Assembly (NCBI GenBank): GCA_016218765.1
Contig: JACRCZ010000056.1
Location: forward strand, 28,162-92,161
DNA: 64,000 bases
Direction: 5' to 3'
Origin: Deltaproteobacteria bacterium
GTDB lineage: Bacteria; Myxococcota_A; Polyangia; DRWM01; JAAZOP01
Under the pieces are notes generated by a model. It was not told the DNA's origin and searched no databases. It saw only the letters and a program-made list of their open reading frames with translations. Below, one piece after another: positions 43,872-51,751 of the stretch; positions within the stretch are counted from its first letter, which is position 1; each line of letters opens with the position of its first letter. A program made the translations under genes and the position numbers.

Positions 43872-46459
43872 CAGGAGCAGCTCCGTTCCGGCGGGGTGCC
43901 GGGCTCGGCCGGGGAGGAGATGACGACGGCGTCGTACTCGGCCGGACAGACGCGGGCGCACGAGCGGCACTTCACGCACAGGGCCGGGTCGATGACCTTC
44001 TTGCGCGTCCTGGGATCGGTGGTGATCGCCTCGGTCGGGCAGCTCCCGACGCAGGCGTCGCACCCGCGGGCGCACTTCGTGAGGTCGATGCGGTAGCTGA
44101 TGAGCGGCCGGCAGACCTTGGCCCGGCACCGCTTTTCCAGGATGTGCTCCTCGTACTCCTCGCGGAAGTGCCGCAGCGTCGTCAGCACGGGTCGCGGCGC
44201 GGTCTTCCCCAGGTTGCAGGCCGAGCCTTCGGCCACGGACTTGGCCAGGTCCTCCAGCTCGCGCAGGTCGCCGGGGATCCCGGCGCCGCAGGTGATGCGC
44301 GTCAGCAGCTCGAGCAGCCGGTGCGTCCCTTCGCGGCAGAAGGTGCACTTGCCGCACGACTCGCCGCGGGCGAACTCCATGAAGTAGCGCGCGGACTCGA
44401 CCAGGCAGTCGTCCTCGTCGAGGACGACGAGTCCGCCCGAGCCCATCATCGCGCCGGCGCCGGCGAGGGAGTCGAAATCGACGGGCGTGTCCAGCGCGGA
44501 GGCCGGCAGGCAGCCGCCGGAGGGCCCGCCGATCTGCACCGCGCGCAGCGCCTTCCCCCCCGGCACCCCGCCCCCCAGCTCGTGGACGACGCGGCGCAGC
44601 GTCGTCCCCATCGGCACCTCGATCAGGCCGGGGTTGACGATCTTCCCGGCGAGCGCGAACACGGCGGTTCCCTTGCTTCGCGCGGTGCCGACGGCCGCGA
44701 ACTCCCCGGCTCCGCGCTCGAGGATCCTCGCGGTCGCCGCCAGCGTCTTGACGTTGTTCAGCACGGTCGGGCGGCTCCACAGCCCCTGCTCGGTCGAATG
44801 CGGCGGCCGGACGCGGGGGTAGCCGCGCCGGCCCTCGAGCGAGGCCATGAGCGCGCTCGACTCCCCGCAGACGAACGCGCCCGCCCCCTGGCAGATCTCC
44901 ACGTCGAAGGGAATCGCCGTGCCCATCATCCCGTCGCCCAGGACGCCCGCCGCCCTCGCGTTCCGGACCGCCTCGGTCATCGTCCGCACGGCCAGCGGAT
45001 ACTCGGCGCGGACATAGACGTAGCCGCGGCGCGCGCCGACCGCGTGCCCGACGATCGCCATGCCTTCGAGGATCGCGTGCGGGTCGCTTTCCATGAGCGT
45101 GCGATCCATGAACGCGCCGGGATCCCCTTCGTCACCGTTCGCGATCACGTACCGCTCGTCCCCCGGCGCCTTGCGGCACTCCTCCCACTTCCGCGCCGCG
45201 CCGAACCCGCCGCCGCCCAGTCCGCGCAAACCGGCGCGCCGCACCTCGGCGATCACGTCGTCGGGCGGCACGGTCAGGGCTTTGGCCAGGCCCGCGTAGC
45301 CGTCGTGCCGCACGTACTGCTCCACGTCGGCGGGCACGATGCGTCCCGCGCGCCGGAGCAGCCAGCGCCGTTCGCCCGCGTAGCGCGGCAGGTCGTCCAT
45401 CACCGGCAGCAGCTCGTTCGGCTCCAGCGCTCCCAGCACCAGCTCGAACGGCGGCTCCTCCCCCGCGAGAAGTCGCGTCGCGATCGACTCCGCCGACGCC
45501 GCACTCAGGTGCCCGAAGACCAGCGGCGGCCACGCCGGATGCCGCACGATCGCCAGCGGCTCCGCGTAGCAGTGGCCCAGGCACCCGACCTCGAGCACGT
45601 GCCAAGGGGGAGTCGGGGGGGGAGTCGTGAGTCGTGAGTCGTGAGTCGTGAGTGCGGGCACGGACGAGCCGGCGACGCGGCGGAAGGCCTCAAGGACCTT
45701 GTCGGCACCGGCGGCCTTGCCGCAGGTCGCCGTTCCGACCCAGACGGTCGGCGTGGTCCCGTCCCAGAGGGCGCCCCACGCGGCGTCGGCGCGGGCGCGG
45801 AGGGCGGCGAGGTAGGAGAGGGGACCGGTCGCGGGCACTGGCTCGTGGCTGGCGCCGCCCTGAGCTGGTCGAAGGGTCGCTGGTGGCTGGTGGTCGGGGG
45901 CGGGCCCGCCCCGGACGGCGGTCGACGGTCGGCTTCGCCCTGAGCCTGTCGAAGGGCGGTCGACCGTCGCGGGTGCGGTCGGACCGGCTCCGAGCCCCGT
46001 CGTCGGTCCCCGGCCGTCCTTCGCTTCCAACTCCGCCTTGAGGATGATCCCCTGGACGGTGGTGGGGTCGGCCTTGGCGTGGATCGCCTGTCCGTCGAGG
46101 ACGACGGGGGCGAGGGTGCAGCAGCCGACGCAGGCGACGCGGTCGAGGGAGAACTCGCGATCCGTGGTCGTCTGTCCCGAATCGATGCCCAGGCGGCGGC
46201 GCCACTCGTCGAGGAGGATCTCCGAGCCCTTGAGATGGCAGGCGGTGCCGCAGCAGACGCGGACGGCGTGGCGTCCCGGCGGGTGGAAGCGGAACTGGTC
46301 GAAGAAGGTCGCGACGCCCCACACTCGCGCGGCCTCAACGCCCGACTCCTGCGCGATGCGCAGCATCGCCTCGCGCGACAGGTAACCCCCCGCGCGCTGC
46401 GCCTCCTGCAGCGCGGCGATCAGCCGCCCCGTGCGATGGGAAGGGGACTCACGACTCAC
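43871..46459 (-). CDS. Fused NuoE/HydC + NuoF/HydB-type NADH-binding flavoprotein
   Basis: NuoE-type CCGTAC/CVGCC, a Trx-like domain (TCG..GCLGHC), GLRGLGGGGF, NGDEGDPGAFMDR, GAFVCGE, GGPSG, ESCGKCTFCREG and two C-terminal ferredoxin motifs. The exact start is uncertain because the GTG lies inside a heptamer array. Confidence 0.88.
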   Translation of the reverse strand: MSRESPSHRTGRLIAALQEAQRAGGYLSREAMLRIAQESGVEAARVWGVATFFDQFRFHPPGRHAVRVCCGTACHLKGSEILLDEWRRRLGIDSGQTTTDREFSLDRVACVGCCTLAPVVLDGQAIHAKADPTTVQGIILKAELEAKDGRGPTTGLGAGPTAPATVDRPSTGSGRSRPSTAVRGGPAPDHQPPATLRPAQGGASHEPVPATGPLSYLAALRARADAAWGALWDGTTPTVWVGTATCGKAAGADKVLEAFRRVAGSSVPALTTHDSRLTTPPPTPPWHVLEVGCLGHCYAEPLAIVRHPAWPPLVFGHLSAASAESIATRLLAGEEPPFELVLGALEPNELLPVMDDLPRYAGERRWLLRRAGRIVPADVEQYVRHDGYAGLAKALTVPPDDVIAEVRRAGLRGLGGGGFGAARKWEECRKAPGDERYVIANGDEGDPGAFMDRTLMESDPHAILEGMAIVGHAVGARRGYVYVRAEYPLAVRTMTEAVRNARAAGVLGDGMMGTAIPFDVEICQGAGAFVCGESSALMASLEGRRGYPRVRPPHSTEQGLWSRPTVLNNVKTLAATARILERGAGEFAAVGTARSKGTAVFALAGKIVNPGLIEVPMGTTLRRVVHELGGGVPGGKALRAVQIGGPSGGCLPASALDTPVDFDSLAGAGAMMGSGGLVVLDEDDCLVESARYFMEFARGESCGKCTFCREGTHRLLELLTRITCGAGIPGDLRELEDLAKSVAEGSACNLGKTAPRPVLTTLRHFREEYEEHILEKRCRAKVCRPLISYRIDLTKCARGCDACVGSCPTEAITTDPRTRKKVIDPALCVKCRSCARVCPAEYDAVVISSPAEPGTPPERSCS
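45622..45653. repeat. Heptamer array (GAGTCGT)4GAGT in frame inside the HydB-like Trx domain
   Basis: Encodes LTTHDSRLTT. Confidence 0.9.
45857..45876. repeat. 21-bp palindrome family variant in the HydC-HydB linker
   Basis: gccctgagctggtcgaaggg; its reverse complement matches 17347-17367 except for 2 central bases. Confidence 0.75.
45937..45957. repeat. 21-bp palindrome, exact copy, in the HydC-HydB linker
   Basis: Exact reverse complement of 17347-17367; encodes RPSTGSG. Confidence 0.85.
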
Positions 46460-46478
46460 GACTGATGACTCACGACTC
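46446..46478. repeat. Heptamer array (GACTCAC)n, inverted relative to 45622-45653, overlapping the HydC start
   Basis: gactcac gactcac gactgat gactcac gactc. Confidence 0.85.
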
Positions 46479-46489
46479 GTTTCTCACCG

Positions 46490-47461
46490 CTACCCCAGGT
46501 GCTTGCGCCACTCCGGCGCCCAGTAGGCGAGGATGAAATCGGCGCCGGCGCGGCGCAGGGCCACAGCCGCCTCGCGGATCAGGCCGGAAAGATCGCCGTA
46601 GCCCTTCTCGGCGGCGGCGTGGAGCATCGCGTACTCGCCGCTCACGTGGTACGCGGCGATCGGCAGCAGGGTCCGCTCGCGCAGGCGCTGGATAATGTCG
46701 AGGTAGAACATGGCGGGTTTGACCATGAGCATGTCCGCGCCCTCTTCCTCGTCGAGGAGCGACTCGCGGAGCGCCTGGTTCACGTCGTCGTACGGCGCCT
46801 GGTAGCCGCGGCGGTCGCCGAAGGCGGGCGCGGAGTTGGCGGCCTCGCGGAAGGGTCCGTAGAGGGCCGAGGCGAACTTCGTGGAGTAGCTGAGGATCAG
46901 GGTGTTCTTGAATTCCGCGGCGTCGAGCGCCCCGCGGATGGCGCGCACCTGGCCGTCCATCATCGCGGACGGCGCGACGACGTGGGCGCCGGCGCCGGCG
47001 TGGGAGACGGCCATGCGGCCGAGGGCCTCGATGGAGAGGTCGTTGTCCAGCTCGCGGCCCTTGAGGATCCCGCAGTGCCCGTGGTCGGTGTATTCGCAGA
47101 GGCAGACGTCGGTGAAGCGCACCAGGTCCGGGTACGCCTTGGCGGTGACGCGGAGGGCCTGCTGGACGAGGCCGTCGTCGCGGCAGGCGCCCGTGCCGCC
47201 CGGGTCCTTGTCCTCGGGAACGCCGAAGAACAGGACGCCGCCCACGCCGGCTTCCGCGGCCGGAAGCAGCTCCTGCTCCAGCATGTCGATGCTCACCCGG
47301 GCCTGTCCGGCGAGGCTGGCGATCGGCTCGCGCCGTTTCGCGCCGTCGATCAGGAAGACCGGGTAGATGAGCCGGGCCGGGGGCACCGCGGGCGCCGCGA
47401 GCATGCGGCGCAAGGACGGGGTCGAGCGCAGCCGCCGCATCCTGGTTTCGGGGAATCCCAT
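46490..47461 (-). CDS. hemB: Porphobilinogen synthase (delta-aminolevulinate dehydratase), Zn-type
   Basis: RMRRLR, DVCLCEYTDHGHCG, APSAMMDGQV, YSTKFASALYGPFREA, MVKPA and AYHVSGEY. GGGAGG RBS. Confidence 0.97.
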   Translation of the reverse strand: MGFPETRMRRLRSTPSLRRMLAAPAVPPARLIYPVFLIDGAKRREPIASLAGQARVSIDMLEQELLPAAEAGVGGVLFFGVPEDKDPGGTGACRDDGLVQQALRVTAKAYPDLVRFTDVCLCEYTDHGHCGILKGRELDNDLSIEALGRMAVSHAGAGAHVVAPSAMMDGQVRAIRGALDAAEFKNTLILSYSTKFASALYGPFREAANSAPAFGDRRGYQAPYDDVNQALRESLLDEEEGADMLMVKPAMFYLDIIQRLRERTLLPIAAYHVSGEYAMLHAAAEKGYGDLSGLIREAAVALRRAGADFILAYWAPEWRKHLG

Positions 47462-47577
47462 CGTCGTCCTCCCGCGCGGGCCTCCCGCTCCCTCTCCATC
47501 CGTCGAGGGCGGCCGCGCAACGCCGGAGAACATAGTACAAGTCGGGCCGGGTGCGTAGGGGGCGGGGACGGGACGGG

Positions 47578-48912
47578 CTACAGCAGGATGACCGTGCGGA
47601 GCTGGAACCCGGTCATGTCGGAGTAGGTGTAGGGCCGGCTGCCGACCGAGAAGGTCTCGACCTCGTAGGTCGTCGGGTTGATCTTCGCCGCGTGGCTGCT
47701 TTCCTCCGCCACGGCCCAGACGTTGTGCTGGAAGTCGATCGCCACCCCGACCACCGAGCTGCCCACGCCCGGCACGTCGTGCACCAGCTCCACCGTGTCC
47801 TCGCTGATCTGGAGCACGTTCCCGCCCGTGTTGGCGACCCAGACGGACCCCAGGCCGTCCACCGCGAGGCCGCGGAAGAAGTTCGTCATGCCCGGTGCCG
47901 TGTAGGTGGTGTTCGTGGCCGTCGCCGGGTCATGCCGGTTGACGCAGCTCCCCGTCAACGTCCGGCCCGACGTCCAGATGCGTCCCTGGGCATCGGCGGT
48001 GATGCCGTAGCCGCAGGGCACCGTGACGTAGCTCGTGTCGAGCGCCGACGTGTTCACCCGCGCAAGCTGGCACATGCCGATCGTGCACATCGCGCCGACG
48101 ACCCAGAAGTTCCCGCGACCGTCAATGACACCGCCGTACGGCGAGTTCGTCACGCGCGTCTGCTCGAGGATCGCGCCGTCGTCGCCGTCGAGCTTGAACA
48201 CCTGGTTGCTGGTCAGCGCACCGATCCAGACGAAGCCGCCCTCGCCCGTCTCCGCGTTCTCCGTACCGTCCCACGCCGTCGCCCGCGCGCCGATCGCGCT
48301 GCCCCCGGAGAGGGGCGAATTCCAGAGCATGCACTCGTCCTCGCCCCAGGGCTTGACGTCGGTCGGTCCGGTCGAGGTCTGGATCGTGCCGTCGCCGTTG
48401 CGGTCGATGCAGTCCTCCAGGAGGCCGGCGAACTTGGTCACCGAGGACGGTCCACCGGAAACCTCGCGGTTGGTCACGACCATGTCGCCGTGGAGGTTGA
48501 CCGAGGTGCGCGAGGGGTCGCCGCCCGTCGTCTGCGGGCTGGTCCAGTACCGCCCGACCTCCACGCCGTCCAGCGTGCACAGCTTGGAGAGCTTGCCCTC
48601 GCCGGTGTCCGCGATCCAGATGTAGGAGTACTCGCCCGTCTCCTCGCAGCGGCTGCCCCATCCGCCGCCCTCCTCCGCGGCAGCGTCCTCCGCTCCGCCG
48701 CCGTCGTCGCGCGGCACGTCGGCGTCCGCGTCCGCGTCGGCTCCGGGGTGCCCGGAGCACTGGCAGGACCCGCCCACGCACGCGCCGCCGAGGTATCCGG
48801 TACCGAGGCACTGCGACGTGCACGCCGCGGGCTCGCACACCGCACCGCCGTCGTCGCCACACGCCGCCAGCGGCAGCATCGCCAAGCCTAGGCACGCCAG
48901 TTGCTTGATCAT
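47578..48912 (-). CDS. Lipoprotein with one defensin-pattern module and a Vgb/NHL-like beta-propeller
   Basis: Lipobox LAAC, six-Cys module at 48757-48837, YIWIAD..GKLSK, PSRTSVN, and C-terminal PYTYSDMTG. Confidence 0.8.
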   Translation of the reverse strand: MIKQLACLGLAMLPLAACGDDGGAVCEPAACTSQCLGTGYLGGACVGGSCQCSGHPGADADADADVPRDDGGGAEDAAAEEGGGWGSRCEETGEYSYIWIADTGEGKLSKLCTLDGVEVGRYWTSPQTTGGDPSRTSVNLHGDMVVTNREVSGGPSSVTKFAGLLEDCIDRNGDGTIQTSTGPTDVKPWGEDECMLWNSPLSGGSAIGARATAWDGTENAETGEGGFVWIGALTSNQVFKLDGDDGAILEQTRVTNSPYGGVIDGRGNFWVVGAMCTIGMCQLARVNTSALDTSYVTVPCGYGITADAQGRIWTSGRTLTGSCVNRHDPATATNTTYTAPGMTNFFRGLAVDGLGSVWVANTGGNVLQISEDTVELVHDVPGVGSSVVGVAIDFQHNVWAVAEESSHAAKINPTTYEVETFSVGSRPYTYSDMTGFQLRTVILL

Positions 48913-48940
48913 CGCGATCCTCCCTCTCCGACCCCACGGG

Positions 48941-48968
48941 AGTGTACGAGGGGGACGCGGCGCGTCAA
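48941..48968 (-). promoter_or_regulatory. sigma70-type promoter TTGACG-N16-TACACT
   Basis: Near-consensus hexamers about 30 nt upstream of ATG 48912. Confidence 0.5.
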
Positions 48969-48973
48969 GTACT

Positions 48974-49004
48974 TGGTTCGCGGTTCTTGGTTCTCGGTTT
49001 TCGG
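48974..49004. repeat. Heptamer array tggttcg-cggttct-tggttct-cggtttt
   Basis: Same family as 13211-13236; intergenic, abutting the -35 box. Confidence 0.7.
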
Positions 49005-49149
49005 CCCGGACCCAGACCGCCGGCCGACGACGAGGACGATGAGACGCCTGGCGTCTGAACACCCCACGACCGGGGTGCTGACTCCCCATTTCCGGCCGAC
49101 CGACCGGCCGAAAACGTGGTAATTCCCGGGAACGAAGGGCCGTTCCGCA

Positions 49150-49165
49150 CGGCACGGAGCATGCA
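49150..49165 (+). promoter_or_regulatory. Candidate sigma54 promoter CGGCAC-GGAGC-ATGCA
   Basis: GG-N10-GC spacing, about 40 nt upstream of ATG 49207; two mismatches to consensus. Confidence 0.3.
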
Positions 49166-49206
49166 CCGCACGCGCGCGCGGATCGGGGAGCCGCAGGAGG
49201 AACACG

Positions 49207-50910
49207 ATGAAGAACTCGCGAGGCATGCTGTTGGGGTCGCTGGTCCTGTTCGCCGCCGGGTCCGGCTGCATCGCGGCCGGCGACGCGGGGGACGAGGACA
49301 ACCCGTTCCTCCAGGACATGAGCAACGACGGCAAGGAGGACACGGGGTACGTCAACCCGGACGGCATCGAGGTCGAGGTCGACCTGGAGGGCGACGTCGA
49401 GGCGTCGAGCTGGCGGATCTGGGACGCGCCGGCCGAGGTCGGGCAGTTCGCGGTGACGTACCTGCGCAAGCGCGGCGAGTTCTACGTGGAGAGCCTGGCC
49501 GAGGACGCGACGTCCGACCGCCGGGTCGAGTGGCAGGTCGACGGGACGTGGCTGACGGCCGCGGCGGCGCGCGAGCGGGGGACGGCCGGGATGCGCCACT
49601 TCCGGATCCGCGGCGTCAACGCCGTCCTCCTGCACTCCGCCTCGCGCGGCGTCGCCGTGGGCTCCGCCTTCACGGCCAAGGTCCCGCTCAAGCCCTACGA
49701 CGTCATGACCGACGCGGGCGACCGCTGCGCCGAGCCCGACGACCACATGGGACTCTCCTCCTCGATCTACTGGTACCTCTGGGACCCGGACCGCAGCGGC
49801 TGCGACATCGCGAAGCAGGACCTGCGCGTCACGGTCTCGCGGATGTTCGACGCCAGCCGCACGACCTACCCCGAGTACGACCGCCTCGTCGCCGACGGCC
49901 AGATCACCTTCGTCGTGCTCTTCGGCTCGATCGACGACGACCTCACCGACAACGACCCGGGCGTGCGCAACATGAACCGCATGATCCGCAACCTGACCTC
50001 GGGCGGCTACGCCGAGGTCTCCCCCCGCCCCGCCGTCGGGCGCCGCTTCATCAAGCGCGTCGCCGGCATCGACGTCGTGGCCGACCTCTACTCGCCGTAC
50101 GAGTTCTCCGGCCTGGGCGACATGGCCCACTTCTCCAACTTCCAGAAGGCGCTCTCCGAGCACGAGATCGTGGCCTACGACGGCCACAGCATGCTGGGCG
50201 CCAGCGACTTCTGGTCGCGCCCGACCTACCCCGGGTTCTACCAGATCTACCTCTACGGCGGCTGCCTGGGCTACGAGTACTACGTCCGCCCGATCCTGGC
50301 CGGCAAGGGCGGCTGGGAGAACGTCGACATCATGTCCAGCGTGGTCGAGGTTTCGGCCGACGCGAACGCGTACGCCGCCCCGTTCCTGGCCAAGGTCGTC
50401 TGGGCCCTGGAGAACGGCTACAAGGCCTCGTGGAAGGATCTGCTGACCGTCGTCCGCCGCAACGTCGGCGACTCCACCTTCGGCGCCAGCGGCGTCCGCG
50501 ACAACTGCTTCTCCCCCGACGGCTCGCTCTGCACGACCGAGCCGCCGCCCCCGACCGGCGACACGCGCACCTACGAGAACGCGACGCCGGCCGCGATCCC
50601 CGACGACGCTCCGGCCGGCATCACGTCCACCATCGTCGTGCCCGACGCGCTCACCCCCGCCGCCGTGACGGTGGACATCGACCTGGTGCACACGTGGATC
50701 GGCGACCTGCGCGTGACCGTGGTCCACGACGGCGTCGAGGCCGTGCTGTGGGACAACACGGGCGACTCGGACGACAACATCGTCCGGAGCTTCCCGCTCG
50801 CCGCCTTCGCCGGCCGCCCCGCCGCCGGCGAGTGGACGCTCAAGGTCGTCGACTCCGCGGCGCGGGACGTCGGCACGCTGAACCGCTGGGCCGTCAAGCT
50901 CGACCTGTAG
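49207..50910 (+). CDS. Lipoprotein with an uncharacterised N-terminal domain and a C-terminal proprotein-convertase P-domain
   Basis: AGGAGG RBS, lipobox GSGC, and P-domain motifs IPDD, HTWIGDL, GEWTLKVVD..DVGTLNRW. Confidence 0.8.
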   Translation: MKNSRGMLLGSLVLFAAGSGCIAAGDAGDEDNPFLQDMSNDGKEDTGYVNPDGIEVEVDLEGDVEASSWRIWDAPAEVGQFAVTYLRKRGEFYVESLAEDATSDRRVEWQVDGTWLTAAAARERGTAGMRHFRIRGVNAVLLHSASRGVAVGSAFTAKVPLKPYDVMTDAGDRCAEPDDHMGLSSSIYWYLWDPDRSGCDIAKQDLRVTVSRMFDASRTTYPEYDRLVADGQITFVVLFGSIDDDLTDNDPGVRNMNRMIRNLTSGGYAEVSPRPAVGRRFIKRVAGIDVVADLYSPYEFSGLGDMAHFSNFQKALSEHEIVAYDGHSMLGASDFWSRPTYPGFYQIYLYGGCLGYEYYVRPILAGKGGWENVDIMSSVVEVSADANAYAAPFLAKVVWALENGYKASWKDLLTVVRRNVGDSTFGASGVRDNCFSPDGSLCTTEPPPPTGDTRTYENATPAAIPDDAPAGITSTIVVPDALTPAAVTVDIDLVHTWIGDLRVTVVHDGVEAVLWDNTGDSDDNIVRSFPLAAFAGRPAAGEWTLKVVDSAARDVGTLNRWAVKLDL

Positions 50911-51517
50911 CCCGCCCGGCCGCGCCCGGGATCTCCTCCTCCTCGGTAATCACCCGATCGACCGGCAAGTCGCAATCGTCGCAGGGCACCTCCTCGACGA
51001 CCTGCAGCGCGAAGGCCAAGGCGATACGCGGCGCAGGACACGCGGCGAGGAAACGGTCGTAGAAACCGCCGCCGTAGCCCAGCCGCCGGCCGGTTCGATC
51101 GAAGGCGACGCCGGGCACGATCACCAGGTCGATCTCGCCGGGCCCGACGCGCGGGCAGGAGACCGCGGGCTCCAGGATGCCCTTGAACCCCGGCGCGAGG
51201 TCGTCGAGGGCCGAGACGACCGCGTGCTCCATCGTCCACGTCTCGCGAAGCACCACGGGCAGCACTGGCCGCCGGCCCGTCTCCAGGAGCCTCCGCACGA
51301 TGCGCAGCGTGTCCACCTCGGAGCCGAAGCCCGCGAACAGGTGCACGGTGCGCGCACGCTGCAGCTCGGGCCGGGCCATGAGCCGGCTCGCGATGGCCTC
51401 GGACCAGGCATCCCGCGACGCGGCGTCGACGGCGTCGCGGGCACGGATCACCCGTCGCCGGAGCGCCCGCTTCGCCTCGCGAAGGTCGGCCGGGTCGTGC
51501 GGGTCCGGGCTGCGCAT
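50894..51517 (-). CDS. ygfA: 5-formyltetrahydrofolate cyclo-ligase
   Basis: KRALRR, SEVDT, GILEP and IVPGVAFDRTGRRLGYGGGFYDRFL. Confidence 0.92.
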   Translation of the reverse strand: MRSPDPHDPADLREAKRALRRRVIRARDAVDAASRDAWSEAIASRLMARPELQRARTVHLFAGFGSEVDTLRIVRRLLETGRRPVLPVVLRETWTMEHAVVSALDDLAPGFKGILEPAVSCPRVGPGEIDLVIVPGVAFDRTGRRLGYGGGFYDRFLAACPAPRIALAFALQVVEEVPCDDCDLPVDRVITEEEEIPGAAGRATGRA

Positions 51518-51529
51518 CGCCGGGGAGCA

Positions 51530-51700
51530 TCGTCCCGGAGAAACCCCGCCGTCAATCGGCTGGACGTGTTGCGGACCCGTTTCCGAGCCTTAGTGTGCGA
51601 GCATGGGCGCCGACCAACCGGTGGGCCGCCTGATCGGATTCGTCGCCGTGGAAGGGAACTGCCGGGGCGTGCCTCCGGACGGGATCCCGCCGCGCCGCCT
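51530..51700 (-). ncRNA. Possible structured RNA (6S/ssrS position, or GEMM-I-like motif) upstream of ygfA
   Basis: Sits where ssrS usually lies relative to ygfA. Contains ACUAA-GGCUCG-GAAA-CGGGUC-CGCAA ... GCGGGGUUUC. Not verified by a covariance model. Confidence 0.2.
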
Positions 51701-51751
51701 TGCCGGGCCGACCCCGACGGGGAGCGTGGACAGCAGGAAAGGGGTTTGGCC

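Noticed and set aside
43233-46459. Respiratory complex I nuoEFG
   Set aside because: No other nuo genes are present, the third subunit is far too short for NuoG, and the motif set is HydB-like rather than NuoF-like.
5202-46478. Tandem arrays considered as possible CRISPR arrays
   Set aside because: Units are 7-12 nt and head-to-tail with no unique spacers, and there are no cas genes.
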